NCBI GenBank assembly: GCA_965217775.1
Contig: CBDCJH010000002.1
Span: forward strand, 3,392,001 to 3,456,000
Reading direction: 5' to 3'
DNA from: Acidobacteriota bacterium
Lineage (GTDB): Bacteria; Acidobacteriota; UBA6911; RPQK01; JAJDTT01
Length of the DNA stretch: 64,000 nucleotides
This document shows, piece after piece, positions 30,467-40,581 of this stretch. The notes under the pieces were generated by a model that saw nothing but the letters and a program-made list of their open reading frames with translations, was not told the origin of the DNA and ran no database searches. The stretch's first letter is position 1, and every line of letters starts with the position of its first letter. The position numbers and the translations under genes were made by a program.

Positions 30467-31925
30467 AACGGAGCCGCACCGGCTGGTCGAGCTCCTTCAG
30501 GCTGCGCCCGCTCTTCCACTGGACCTTCTGGCCCACTCCGTTCCCTTCGATGGGCCGGCACGCCTCCCGCTCAAAGCCCGCGATCGGCTTGCCGAACTGA
30601 GTGAGGGCTTCCACCCGGAGGGATCCCCTCGCGGCATCGGCGTTCACGAAGAGTTCACTCCCCTGGAAGCGGAGGGGCCAGGTGGTGAGGAGCCCTTCCT
30701 CCCGGCCGGCGCGGACCGAGACGAAACCGTCCGGCCGCAGCCGGGCCAGACCCAGGGCGTCCCCTTCCAGCGTGCGGCCCTTGTATTCGGTGCCGACCAG
30801 CTCGTTGAGGGTCCGATGGGGGACGCTGGAGCCCCGGTAGTAGATCCGGATCTCGTCGTCGCTCAAGACGGCGCATTCGGGATAGACCCGCTTGTCGTCC
30901 CAGGTCCCGGGGGTCCCCTTCAGGAAGATGTGCCGGTCGCCGACCCGGGTCCACTTCTTTCCGTCCCGGCTGAAGGCGAGCTGGGCGTCCAGCGTGAAAT
31001 TGAAACCGTCCAGGAATTCGGGGTCGCCCGTGTATTCGTGATAGACGATCAACATGCCCACGTACCCGCTCTCATAGGGAAAGACGGGCATGTAGTAGAA
31101 CTCGGTGCCGGCGCCGTCCCGCTTGTCAGGCACAACGACCTCTCTGAGGTCCGTCCAAAGGGTGAAATTGAAACTCTCCGCCAGACCGATTAGCCGTGTG
31201 GGGTAGGCTTCCGGAGTCCGGATCTTGGACCAACGCAGGACGTGACCGCCGTTGGGACGGTGATAGTAGACGTAGCGCTCGCGGCGCTGGTCCCAGAAGG
31301 GGGTCGAAAGCCCGTCGCCGGCGGGCACGATCACCGGATACGGGTGCGACTCCCAGTGAAGCCCGTCGGAAGACCAGCCCACACCGATGCCGTAGGTGTC
31401 GTATTTCATGAAGGCCATCTTGTACGGGCGCTCCGGGTCGTGATCGTCATAGAAGACCCTGATCTCGGTGATGTCCTCCGGTATGACGAGCAGGTTGTTC
31501 TTGCGGCTTCCCTGGAATTCCCGGAACCCGAGGTCGGGACGCCGGAATCGGATCCCGTCCCCCGAAGTTGCGAAGCAGAGATAGTTGGTGGACTCGGGGC
31601 GCACGTTGTACCAGAGCTTGTAAAGACGTTCTTTCGGGTCGTAGATCACGTTGGAATAGAGGATCCGGTTGCCCTCCCATGGCCTTTCCGCCTTGAAGAT
31701 GGGATTTTCCGGCGCCTTGCGGGCGACGTGGACCCAACGGGCCACGTTCTCGATCCGGTCGATGAGCCAGTCGTCCAGGAAGAGCTGGCGCTCGGGACCC
31801 AGCTCCCGGACCGGAGCCTGCCGCTTGATATGGTCGAAACCCTGCGCCAGGACCGTCGTGCCCAGCGTTAGACTCAGTACGCCGAGAACGATCGGCCGCC
31901 TCCGGTTTCCGGCCCGCGTCATCAT
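30423..31925 (-). CDS. Secreted GH32/GH43-like five-bladed beta-propeller protein
   Basis: Signal peptide, RQLFLDD, ATSGDGI, SSDGLHW, SRDGKKW, RLRPDGFVS, ADLYSF. Confidence 0.7.
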   Translation of the reverse strand: MMTRAGNRRRPIVLGVLSLTLGTTVLAQGFDHIKRQAPVRELGPERQLFLDDWLIDRIENVARWVHVARKAPENPIFKAERPWEGNRILYSNVIYDPKERLYKLWYNVRPESTNYLCFATSGDGIRFRRPDLGFREFQGSRKNNLLVIPEDITEIRVFYDDHDPERPYKMAFMKYDTYGIGVGWSSDGLHWESHPYPVIVPAGDGLSTPFWDQRRERYVYYHRPNGGHVLRWSKIRTPEAYPTRLIGLAESFNFTLWTDLREVVVPDKRDGAGTEFYYMPVFPYESGYVGMLIVYHEYTGDPEFLDGFNFTLDAQLAFSRDGKKWTRVGDRHIFLKGTPGTWDDKRVYPECAVLSDDEIRIYYRGSSVPHRTLNELVGTEYKGRTLEGDALGLARLRPDGFVSVRAGREEGLLTTWPLRFQGSELFVNADAARGSLRVEALTQFGKPIAGFEREACRPIEGNGVGQKVQWKSGRSLKELDQPVRLRFILKNADLYSFQIR

Positions 31926-32056
31926 GTTGGTTCCTCCTGATGTTTCATCCCATCCCGTCGTGGTGCGATCGCCGAAGTATAGCAGCCCGTTGTGGGGATT
32001 CTGTGCCGGCGGAGGCGGCTTCCGCCACCGGCGGCCAAGGCTGCTAAGCTAAGGTG

Positions 32057-33883
32057 ATGCATACGGAACAGCCTTCCATGGCTGGCCCGGGAGATTCGAA
32101 CGGAGGCGCAAACGGCAAGACCGGAGCCGAAGGGGTGCATTGGGACTTGGACGCCCTCTATCCCGATCCGGACTCCCTGGAACGGGATCTGGAACGGACT
32201 CAGGACCGGGCCGGCGGTTTCGAGGAACGTTACCGGGGTCGCGTGAGCCGTCTCGATGGCCGTGAGTTGGCTCAGGCCGTCCGCGAGTTCGAAGCTCTGC
32301 AGATCGGCCTGGGACGGGCCGCCTCCTATGCCTACCTGCACTGGTGCACCGATACCCAGGATCCTCCCCGCGGCGCCCTCCTGCAGAAGACTCGAGAGGC
32401 CTCTACGCAACTGGTTCGAAAAATCCTTTTCTTCGAACTGGAGTGGCTGCAGTTGGACGAGTCGCGAGCGGCCGAGTTACTTTCCACCCCGGAGCTACAG
32501 CCCTTCCGACACTACCTGGAGGTGGAGCGGCGCCGGGCGCCCCACGTCCTGAGCGAGTCGGAAGAGAAGATCCTGGCCGAAAAACGGGTCACGGGACGGG
32601 CCGCTTGGAACCGCCTGTTCGACCAGATGCACGGTGCTGCCCGCTATGCCTACCGGGACGGAAATCTGACCCGGGAGGAATTGCTTTCCCGCCTGTATCA
32701 CTCGGACCGGGAGGTGAGACGGGAATCGGCGCTGGCCTTCAGCCGGGGTCTGGAGGAGCGGGTCAGCGAGATGGCCTTCATCTCCAACACCATGCTGGCC
32801 GACAAGGCATGCGACGACCGGCTCAGGAAGTATCCCCACTGGTTGGCCAGCCGGAATCTGGACAACGAGATCGGCGACGAAGCCGTGCAGGTCCTGGTGC
32901 AGGCGGTGACCGGACGCTACGACCTGGTGGCCCGCCACTACCGGCTCAAGCAGCGCCTGCTGAAACTGGACGTCTCTTGGGACTATGACCGCTACGCTCC
33001 CGTCGGCATGGCCCCCGCTCGATATTCCTGGGCCACCGCCCGGCGAACCGTGCTGGAGGCGTACGGGGCCTTCCACCCCACCATGGAATCCATCGCCACC
33101 CGTTTCTTCGACGGCCGCTGGATCGACGCTCCCACCAGTCCGGGAAAATCGGGGGGCGCCTTCAGTCACCAGACCGTCCCCCCGGCGCATCCCTACATCA
33201 TGATGAACTACACGGGGAACATTCGGGACGTTCAGACCCTGGCCCACGAATTGGGCCATGGCGTCCACCAGTACCTCTCCCGAACCCAGGGCTACCTCCA
33301 GTCCCGGCCTCCCTTGACCACTTCCGAGACCGCCTCCGTCTTCGGGGAGATGCTGGTCTTCGACCACCTGCTCCGGAACCAGCCGGAGCCCGGGGTCCGG
33401 CTGTCCATCCTGGTGGGCAACATCGATGACACCATGGCCACCGTCTTCCGGCAGATCGCCCTGCACTGCTTCGAGGAGCGGACGCACAACGCGCGGCGAA
33501 GCGAAGGTGAGCTTTCGGTCGAACGCTTCAACGAGCTTTGGATGGAAACTCAAGAGGAGATGTTCCAGGGAAGCGTTCGCCTGGGAGATCACTACGGCAC
33601 CTGGTGGAGCTACATTCCCCACTTCATCCACACCCCCGGCTACGTCTATGCGTACGCCTTCGGCAAGCTGCTGGTCCTGGCCCTCTATGGCCGTTACAAG
33701 CAGAATGCGGACGGATTCGCCGAGGAGTATCTGAGTCTGCTGGAGGCCGGAGGCTCGGACTGGCCACATGTCCAGTTCCAACGCATGGGCGTGGACCTGG
33801 CCGACCCCAATTTCTGGAGCACGGGACTCTCCATGACCGAGGACATGATCCGGCAGGCGGAAGAACTGAGTGAGACCACCTGA
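32057..33883 (+). CDS. pepF: M3B oligoendopeptidase F
   Basis: WDLDALY, GKSGGAF, TLAHELGHGVH, ETASVFGE, IPHF...YVYAY. Confidence 0.92.
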   Translation: MHTEQPSMAGPGDSNGGANGKTGAEGVHWDLDALYPDPDSLERDLERTQDRAGGFEERYRGRVSRLDGRELAQAVREFEALQIGLGRAASYAYLHWCTDTQDPPRGALLQKTREASTQLVRKILFFELEWLQLDESRAAELLSTPELQPFRHYLEVERRRAPHVLSESEEKILAEKRVTGRAAWNRLFDQMHGAARYAYRDGNLTREELLSRLYHSDREVRRESALAFSRGLEERVSEMAFISNTMLADKACDDRLRKYPHWLASRNLDNEIGDEAVQVLVQAVTGRYDLVARHYRLKQRLLKLDVSWDYDRYAPVGMAPARYSWATARRTVLEAYGAFHPTMESIATRFFDGRWIDAPTSPGKSGGAFSHQTVPPAHPYIMMNYTGNIRDVQTLAHELGHGVHQYLSRTQGYLQSRPPLTTSETASVFGEMLVFDHLLRNQPEPGVRLSILVGNIDDTMATVFRQIALHCFEERTHNARRSEGELSVERFNELWMETQEEMFQGSVRLGDHYGTWWSYIPHFIHTPGYVYAYAFGKLLVLALYGRYKQNADGFAEEYLSLLEAGGSDWPHVQFQRMGVDLADPNFWSTGLSMTEDMIRQAEELSETT

Positions 33884-33902
33884 AATGTCCGCCACCCTCT
33901 AC

Positions 33903-34060
33903 CAGCCCGTGGCAAAAGTCGTCACGGCATTCGACCGTCCCTGCATCCCGGCGGACTGCGTTGCTATCGGCTCACATACTCCCGGTATGCACCCGAATCG
34001 CGCCTTGTCCGGCGGGCGCAGGAACGGTCTCGGTGCTCGCGCGACTTTCACCACGGACTG
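33903..34060. mobile_element. 158-bp MITE-like element with 19-bp imperfect TIRs and CTAC target duplication
   Basis: Left CAGCCCGTGGCAAAAGTCG vs reverse complement of right CAGTCCGTGGTGAAAGTCG (16/19); CTAC at 33899-33902 and 34061-34064. Confidence 0.7.
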
Positions 34061-34079
34061 CTACCGCCGGCGCAAAGGA

Positions 34080-35309
34080 TTGCCGTTCCTCCCAGGCATC
34101 GGTCTCATAGTCATGCTGGCACTCTGTCTCACGGGGCTTCGGGCCGGCGACTGGCCCCAGTTTCTGGGACCGACGCGGGACGGTGTCTACGCGGGGGAGG
34201 ACCTGGCCCGCCAGTGGCCCCCGTCGGGACCTCGCGTGCTCTGGAAACGGGACGTCGGGCAAGGGTTCGCCAACCCCATCGTGGCGGGGGACACCCTGAT
34301 CCTCTTTCACCGGGTGGACGACCGGGACGTGGTGGACGCCCTGGCAGCGGACGACGGCCGGGAGCTGTGGACCTTCTCCTATCCGACCGACTACCGGGAT
34401 GACTTCGGGTTCGACGAGGGACCCCGGGCCAGTCCGGCGGCGGCCGGGGACCGGGTCTATACCTTCGGCGCCCAGGGAATCCTCCAATGCCTGGGCCTGG
34501 GCTCGGGCACCCGGATCTGGCAGGTGGACACCCGGTCCCAATTCCGACCGCGCAAGGGCTTCTTCGGCGCGGCCTGCTCCCCGCTGGTCCGGGACGGCGC
34601 CGTCTACGTCCATGTCGGCGCCAAAGGTGCAGGGGTCGTGGCCTTCGACGCCGACACGGGACGCACCCTCTGGAAGGCCACCGACGACGAGGCGGGCTAC
34701 TCTTCGCCCGTGCACGCGTCCATCGGCGGAGTGCCCCGGATCATCTCCTTCACCCGGAGCGGCGTCGTCTCCATCGATCCGGCCACGGGACGAGTGGGCT
34801 TCCGAGTGCGCTGGCGGTCGCGAAGCCGGGCTTCGGTCAATGCGGCCACGCCCCTCATCGTCGGGGATCAGATCTTCGTGTCGGCCAGCTACAGCACCGG
34901 CGCCCTGCTGCTGGATGCCGCCGGAGAGTCGCCCGAGAAGATCTGGACCTCGAACGACGCTCTCAGCAACCACTACGCCACCAGCGTCTACCGGGACGGG
35001 TATCTCTACGGCTTTCACGGCCGTCAGGAATACGGTCCCAGCCTGCGTTGCGTCGAGTGGCGGACGGGACGGGTCGAGTGGAATCAGGACGGGCTGCGCG
35101 CCGGAACCGTCACTCTGGCGGGAGACCGGCTCCTGATCCTGAACGAGCGGGGAGAGTTGATTCTGGCCGCGGCCGATCCCGAGGGGTTTCAGGTGATCTC
35201 GCGCGCCCAGGTTCTGGAGGGCACGGTGCGTGCCTATCCGGCCCTGGCCCGGGGCCGCCTCTATGCCCGGACCGAGACGGCGCTGGTCTGCATCGACTTG
35301 CGAAAATGA
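34080..35309 (+). CDS. PQQ-binding-like (BamB-like) beta-propeller protein
   Basis: DWPQFLGP.RDG, GPRASP, AFDADTGRTLW, YSSP; start uncertain. Confidence 0.85.
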   Translation: MPFLPGIGLIVMLALCLTGLRAGDWPQFLGPTRDGVYAGEDLARQWPPSGPRVLWKRDVGQGFANPIVAGDTLILFHRVDDRDVVDALAADDGRELWTFSYPTDYRDDFGFDEGPRASPAAAGDRVYTFGAQGILQCLGLGSGTRIWQVDTRSQFRPRKGFFGAACSPLVRDGAVYVHVGAKGAGVVAFDADTGRTLWKATDDEAGYSSPVHASIGGVPRIISFTRSGVVSIDPATGRVGFRVRWRSRSRASVNAATPLIVGDQIFVSASYSTGALLLDAAGESPEKIWTSNDALSNHYATSVYRDGYLYGFHGRQEYGPSLRCVEWRTGRVEWNQDGLRAGTVTLAGDRLLILNERGELILAAADPEGFQVISRAQVLEGTVRAYPALARGRLYARTETALVCIDLRK

Positions 35310-35396
35310 AACGAAACACCGTCGGCTGCTGGAATGCCGTCGGCGGAAAGAGTAGCCTGACGACAGCCCCTTTCGATTCAAACGGAGGATAAAACC

Positions 35397-36722
35397 ATGG
35401 TGAAGCCGATCGAGCGAAGAAGTTTTCTGAAGAGTTCCGCCGGTGTGGTGGCTACGGCCGCCGTGACCAGCGGTTCCGCCGCGAGTCTCCTGTCCCGGGC
35501 CGATGCCAACGACACCATCCGGGCGGGGGTGGTCGGACTCCGAGGCCGGGGAAAGTCTCACCTCAGGGGTTTCACCGGACTGCCCAAAGTGGAAGTCGTG
35601 GCGTTGTGCGACGTGGACGAGAGCATCATGGCCCAGCGCGCCTCCGACCTGGAGAAGCTGACGGGGCGGAAGGCCCGCACCTACACCGACATGCGCCGGT
35701 TGCTGGAGGCCAAGGACATCGACGTGGTGGGATTCGCCACGCCCAACCACTGGCACGCCCTGGGCGGAATCTGGGCCTGCCAGGCGGGCAAGGACGCGTA
35801 CGTGGAGAAGCCCTGCTCCCACAACATCTTCGAAGGCCGGAAGCTGGTGGAAGCCGCCCGCCGCTACGGCCGCATCGTCCAGCACGGGACCCAGTCCCGT
35901 TCCAGCGTCGGCGTTCGCGACGGAATCCAGAAGCTCCGGGAAGGGGTGATCGGAGACGTCTACATGGCCAAGGGACTCTGCTACAAGTGGAGAAACACCA
36001 TCGGCCACACCCCGGAAGAGCCGGTCCCCAACGGTGTCCACTACGATCTGTGGTTGGGACCCGCGCGCCAGCGCCCGTACAGCCGCAACCGGTTCCACTA
36101 CAACTGGCACTGGCACTGGGATTACGGCAACGGGGACATCGGGAACCAGGGCGTGCACGAGATGGACATGGCCCGTTGGGGGCTGGGAGTGGGATTGCCC
36201 ACCAGGGTCCAATCCTCCGGCGGCCACTACCTGTTCGACGACGACCAGGAGACCCCCAACTGCCAGTTGGCCACCTTCGAATACCCGGACCAGAAGAAAC
36301 AACTGGTCTTCGAGGTGCGCCACTGGATCACCAACCATGAAGCCGGCCTCGGCCAGGGGGAGTCCAATGAGGTGGGCGTCCTCTTTTTCGGCTCCGACGG
36401 CTACATGGTCATGCAGGGCGGTAAAGGTTACCGGACCTACCTGGGACGGAAGCGGGAGCCGGGACCGGCCCGCATGGAAACGGGCAACAATTTCGCCAAC
36501 TTCATCCAGGCCGTCCGTTCTCGCCGGCGCGAGGACCTGAACGCAGAGATCGAAGAGGGTCACCTCTCTTCGGCGCTCTGTCACCTGGCGAACATGGCCT
36601 ATCGCACCGGCCGGACGCTGGACTTCGATCCCGCGACCGAGACTGTCCAAGGCGACGGCGAGGCCAGCGCGCTGTTGACCCGCGACTACCGGGCTCCCTT
36701 CGTAGTCCCCGAAGTGGTCTGA
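35397..36722 (+). CDS. Tat-exported Gfo/Idh/MocA oxidoreductase
   Basis: ERRSFLK Tat motif, ATPNHWH, YVEKP, QGVHEMD. Confidence 0.92.
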   Translation: MVKPIERRSFLKSSAGVVATAAVTSGSAASLLSRADANDTIRAGVVGLRGRGKSHLRGFTGLPKVEVVALCDVDESIMAQRASDLEKLTGRKARTYTDMRRLLEAKDIDVVGFATPNHWHALGGIWACQAGKDAYVEKPCSHNIFEGRKLVEAARRYGRIVQHGTQSRSSVGVRDGIQKLREGVIGDVYMAKGLCYKWRNTIGHTPEEPVPNGVHYDLWLGPARQRPYSRNRFHYNWHWHWDYGNGDIGNQGVHEMDMARWGLGVGLPTRVQSSGGHYLFDDDQETPNCQLATFEYPDQKKQLVFEVRHWITNHEAGLGQGESNEVGVLFFGSDGYMVMQGGKGYRTYLGRKREPGPARMETGNNFANFIQAVRSRRREDLNAEIEEGHLSSALCHLANMAYRTGRTLDFDPATETVQGDGEASALLTRDYRAPFVVPEVV

Positions 36723-38218
36723 GTCCGCCAGACGGTGAGAGCCTCTGCCGGAGCCCACGCCGGCGGACGCAGAATCCGGCTGCACAAGTAGGCCGCCAGG
36801 AGGCAACTGCCTGCCGACACCGGTCCGTACAGGAGCCAGTGCACCTGAGTGTGGTTCTGCACGTAGTAGGACAGAGGCAGAACCAGGACCAAGGTCGCTG
36901 CCAGCCAGCCTCGAAAGTGCCCCCGCTGGGTCAGTAGCCCCAGCAGGAACAGAGCCGTCACCGGGGCACCCACGTAGCCGGTGACCTGATGCACGGCCTT
37001 GACGATGCCTTCGATGTTGGAAAACAGCAGTGCCGTCAGCGTGGCGGCGGCACCCAGCCCCACCGTGATTCCCCGCGCCATCATGAGAGACTGCCGATCC
37101 GTGAGCCGGAACGGGGCCAGGGGTTTCACCAGGTCCACGACGATCATGGTGCTTATGGAGTGGATGCCCGAATCCAGCGTGGACATGGACGCCGCGAAGA
37201 CGCCGGCGATCAGGAGTCCTGTGGCGCCCACCGGTAGGGCGTGGACGATATAGAAGGGCAGGATCCGGTCCCCCGCCACTCCTTCGGCAAGACGTTCCGG
37301 AAAACTCTGGAAATAGGCGTATAGTCCGAGCCCGATGAAGAAGAGGAGGCCGACCACCACAAGCTGCATGAAAACGTCCAGGAACACGGCCTTGGTCATC
37401 TGCCGAACGTTTCTCACCGCCAGCAGGCGCTGAACGGTGACCTGCGAGGTCCCATACTGGCCGAAAGCGACCACGAAATTACAGATGGCGACCGTGATCA
37501 AGTTGGCCTGATCCAACCGGAACCCGAACTCGAGGCGGGGAAGCTTGTCGGCCGCGAGCGCTGTCTCCAGGATCTGTTCCACGCCGCCGGGAAGGCTCGA
37601 ACTCAGAGAGACCACCACGAGCAGGGCGCCCGAACTCAGGACCAGGAACTGGATCACGTCGGTCCAGATGACTGCGGCCAATCCTCCCAGGGCCGTGTAG
37701 AGGGTGGCCACCGCGCCCATGACCAGGATGCACCCGACCAGGTCCATACCGGTGACGGTCGAGAGCGCCAGCGCGGGCGCATAGAGCGCCAGTCCCATCC
37801 AGCCCTGGATCTGAAGGATCGCGAACACCGAGGTGGCATAGCGGGCGGGCGGGCCGAAGCGCCGGTTGACGTACTCGTAGATCGAGGTGACGTCGAGCCG
37901 CCGGTAGATGGGGAAAAAGAGGAGGATGACCAGAGGGGCCGTCATCAGGAGGATGACCGGACCCAGCACAAAGGAGGCGTTTTCCTCGTAGGCCAACGCC
38001 GGAGCCCCCAGGTAGGAGAGGGCGCTCAGCAGGCTGGCGGACAGGCTCAGCGAGACTGCCAGCCAGGGCATGCGGCCGCCGGCCAGAAAGTAGGAGCGGG
38101 TGTCCTTCTGCCGTCCCGCAAGGACCACTGCCAGGAGGGTGACCAGCAGCAGGTAGGCCACCAGGACCGAAGTGTTGACGGCGCCGAAGGAAGGCTGTTC
38201 CACGCTGATCCGGGACAC
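36686..38218 (-). CDS. Sodium:solute symporter (SSS)
   Basis: YFLAGGRMPW, GGLAAVIWTDVIQ, FAASMSTLDS, about 13 TM segments. Confidence 0.92.
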   Translation of the reverse strand: MSRISVEQPSFGAVNTSVLVAYLLLVTLLAVVLAGRQKDTRSYFLAGGRMPWLAVSLSLSASLLSALSYLGAPALAYEENASFVLGPVILLMTAPLVILLFFPIYRRLDVTSIYEYVNRRFGPPARYATSVFAILQIQGWMGLALYAPALALSTVTGMDLVGCILVMGAVATLYTALGGLAAVIWTDVIQFLVLSSGALLVVVSLSSSLPGGVEQILETALAADKLPRLEFGFRLDQANLITVAICNFVVAFGQYGTSQVTVQRLLAVRNVRQMTKAVFLDVFMQLVVVGLLFFIGLGLYAYFQSFPERLAEGVAGDRILPFYIVHALPVGATGLLIAGVFAASMSTLDSGIHSISTMIVVDLVKPLAPFRLTDRQSLMMARGITVGLGAAATLTALLFSNIEGIVKAVHQVTGYVGAPVTALFLLGLLTQRGHFRGWLAATLVLVLPLSYYVQNHTQVHWLLYGPVSAGSCLLAAYLCSRILRPPAWAPAEALTVWRTQTTSGTTKGAR

Positions 38219-38247
38219 TCCTTCCTTTGGGGTCCCCGTCCACGCAC

Positions 38248-38256
38248 TGCTATACT
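38248..38256 (+). promoter_or_regulatory. Extended -10 box (TGCTATACT) for tRNA-Val
   Basis: TGnTATACT about 46 nt upstream of the tRNA. Confidence 0.55.
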
Positions 38257-38302
38257 GATTTGGCCTTAGAGACCCGTCTTCGAGTCCGCCGGACTCGGTT
38301 GT

Positions 38303-38378
38303 GGGCGGTTAGCTCAGCTGGGAGAGCGCCTCCCTTACAAGGAGGAGGTCGGCAGTTCGAACCTGCCACCGCCCACCA
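38303..38378 (+). tRNA. tRNA-Val(TAC)
   Basis: GGGCGGTTAGCTCAGCTGGGAGAGCGCCTCCCTTACAAGGAGGAGGTCGGCAGTTCGAACCTGCCACCGCCCACCA. Confidence 0.96.
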
Positions 38379-38391
38379 GATCCCGCCTCGC

Positions 38392-39216
38392 TCACGATTC
38401 TTCAGTCTTCCGGTTCAACTCTCTCGATCGGGCCGTCGCCGCTGCTACTGCGCTCATGAGCGCGGCGCGCAGGCCCCGATCTTCCAGCTCCCTCAATGCT
38501 GCCGCGGTGGTGCCGCCGGGCGTCGTCACCCGATCCCGCAGCACCGCCGGATGGTCGCCGCTTTCCTGCACCTGCCTGGCCGCCCCCAGCACGGTCTGAG
38601 CGGCCAGCTTCATGGCCACGTCCCGGGGCAGCCCCATATGGACCCCGCCGTCGCAGAGGGCCTCGATGACGGTGTAGACGTAAGCCGGACCGCTGCCGCT
38701 GAGCCCGGTGACGGCGTCCAGGAGCTTCTCCTCCACCCGGACCACTTCTCCCACCGCCCCGAAGAGGGACTCGGCCACCTGGTAGTGCTCTTCGCTTGCC
38801 GGATCGCAGCCCGCCAGAGCGCTGGCCGCGGCATCCACGGTGGCCGCGATGTTGGGCATGACGCGGACCACCGGGTTGTTCTTTCCCAGAAGGTCCCGAA
38901 TGCGGGTGCTCTCGACCCCGGCCAGGATGGAGATGACGAGTTGACTGGGGCGCACGGAATCGCGAATGTCAGCGGCCACTTTGGGAAGGATCTGAGGCTT
39001 GACCGCGAGGATGATGACATCGGCTGCGGCGACGTGGGGAACCGGATCGACGTCGACATTCACGCCATGGCGGGACCGGAGTGTTTCCAGCAGGCCGGGC
39101 AGGATGTCGATCACAGTGACCCTTCTGGCCGGGGCCAGTCCGGACTGGATGATCCCCCGGAGCAGGGCCGATCCCATGTTTCCCCCACCGATCAGGAGAA
39201 CGTTTTTTTCATTCAT
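38392..39216 (-). CDS. proC: Pyrroline-5-carboxylate reductase
   Basis: IGGGNMG, LAVKPQ, RVMPN, GLSGSGPAY, VTTPGGTT. Confidence 0.96.
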   Translation of the reverse strand: MNEKNVLLIGGGNMGSALLRGIIQSGLAPARRVTVIDILPGLLETLRSRHGVNVDVDPVPHVAAADVIILAVKPQILPKVAADIRDSVRPSQLVISILAGVESTRIRDLLGKNNPVVRVMPNIAATVDAAASALAGCDPASEEHYQVAESLFGAVGEVVRVEEKLLDAVTGLSGSGPAYVYTVIEALCDGGVHMGLPRDVAMKLAAQTVLGAARQVQESGDHPAVLRDRVTTPGGTTAAALRELEDRGLRAALMSAVAAATARSRELNRKTEES

Positions 39217-39488
39217 GAGACTCCCTGAACTAACAGTCGGACAAAGTTTAGCAGTCCATGGAAAACGCCGCCGCCGAGTTCGACCGAACGATCGTCAGCA
39301 AGCATCCTCATCTTCCTCCCAAAGCTCAGGTAAGACCGGATCGGGACCGTCCGGGACGAGGGAGCATGCAGACGTGGGAAAGTTCGTCTTCGGAGGATAT
39401 CATGGGCGTCTCATGGCGTATTCGGATCCTTGGAAGCGGTGCATCACGGCGGCATAGTAGACTGGGGCGAACAGGCGCGGAACGAGAT

Positions 39489-40553
39489 ATGGAGAATCGA
39501 TACGAACGCTGGTCCGAGATCTCTCTGAGCGGAGAATTCTTCCCCCGTGAAGACGCGTTGGAGGTGCTGACCGATCCCACCGTCGACATCCTCCGCCTGG
39601 TGGCGGCCGCCGGCGACGTGCGGATGGCCCGCTTTGGGCGCAAGGTCAAGGTCCACCAGATCAACAACATCAAGAACGGGCTCTGTCCCGAGGACTGCGG
39701 TTACTGCGCCCAGTCCAAGATCGCCCAGGCCCCGCTGCGCAAGTACGCCATGAAGGACGAGGAGGCCATCGTCCAGGAGGCCCGGGAGGCCAAGGAACAG
39801 GGGGTCTACCGCTACTGCATGGTGGCCAGCGGGCGCGGTCCCACGCCCCACGAAGCGGCCAAGCTGGCCCGGATCATCCGCCGCATCGACCAGGAGGTAG
39901 GGATCCGGACCTGCCTTTCGGCGGGCCTGGTGGACTTGGAGAAGGCGAGCCTGTTCAAACGGGCCGGCCTGGACCGGCTCAATCACAATCTGAACACCAG
40001 CCGCCGCCACACCGGCAGGATCGTGGGCACCCACACCTACCAGGACCGGATCGACACCCTGGAAGCGGCCACTCAGGCGGGACTGGAAAGCTGCAGCGGC
40101 ATGATCACCGGAATGGGCGAGACGGACGAGGACATTCTGGACGTGGCCTACGAGCTCCGTTCGCTGGACGTCCCCTCCATCCCGGTCAACTTCCTCATCC
40201 CCATCGAGGGGAACCCCGTGTTCGACTTCGATCAGCTCTCGCCACGCCGCTGCCTCCGGATCCTCTGCGCCTTCCGATTCGTCAACCCCCGGGCGGAGAT
40301 TCGGGTCGCCGCCGGGCGGGAAGGCCACCTCCGCCAACTGCAGGTCCTTTCCCTCTATCCTGCGAACTCCCTCTTTGTGGACGGTTACCTGGCTACTCGA
40401 GGGGACCCCAAGCAGCCCGTGTACCGCATGATCCGGGACGCCGGTTTCGAAATCGAAGGGGAAACGCTCCCGGGCACGCCCCGGACCTCGGCTCAGAATT
40501 ACGCCATCGACGACAATCCCAGCATCCTGAATCCCAAGACGGCGCGGGTGTAG
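39489..40553 (+). CDS. bioB: Biotin synthase
   Basis: CPEDCGYCAQS radical-SAM motif, NHNLNT, CSG.I.GMGE, SIPVNFL, ANSLF. Confidence 0.95.
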   Translation: MENRYERWSEISLSGEFFPREDALEVLTDPTVDILRLVAAAGDVRMARFGRKVKVHQINNIKNGLCPEDCGYCAQSKIAQAPLRKYAMKDEEAIVQEAREAKEQGVYRYCMVASGRGPTPHEAAKLARIIRRIDQEVGIRTCLSAGLVDLEKASLFKRAGLDRLNHNLNTSRRHTGRIVGTHTYQDRIDTLEAATQAGLESCSGMITGMGETDEDILDVAYELRSLDVPSIPVNFLIPIEGNPVFDFDQLSPRRCLRILCAFRFVNPRAEIRVAAGREGHLRQLQVLSLYPANSLFVDGYLATRGDPKQPVYRMIRDAGFEIEGETLPGTPRTSAQNYAIDDNPSILNPKTARV

Positions 40554-40581
40554 GGGCAGGATGAGGAGGGAGGAACCAGAG

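Noticed and set aside
39224-39252. Possible BirA operator (TGAAC-N15-GTTTA) upstream of bioB
   Set aside because: Weak match to the TGTAAAC-N14/16-GTTTACA consensus and far from the likely start
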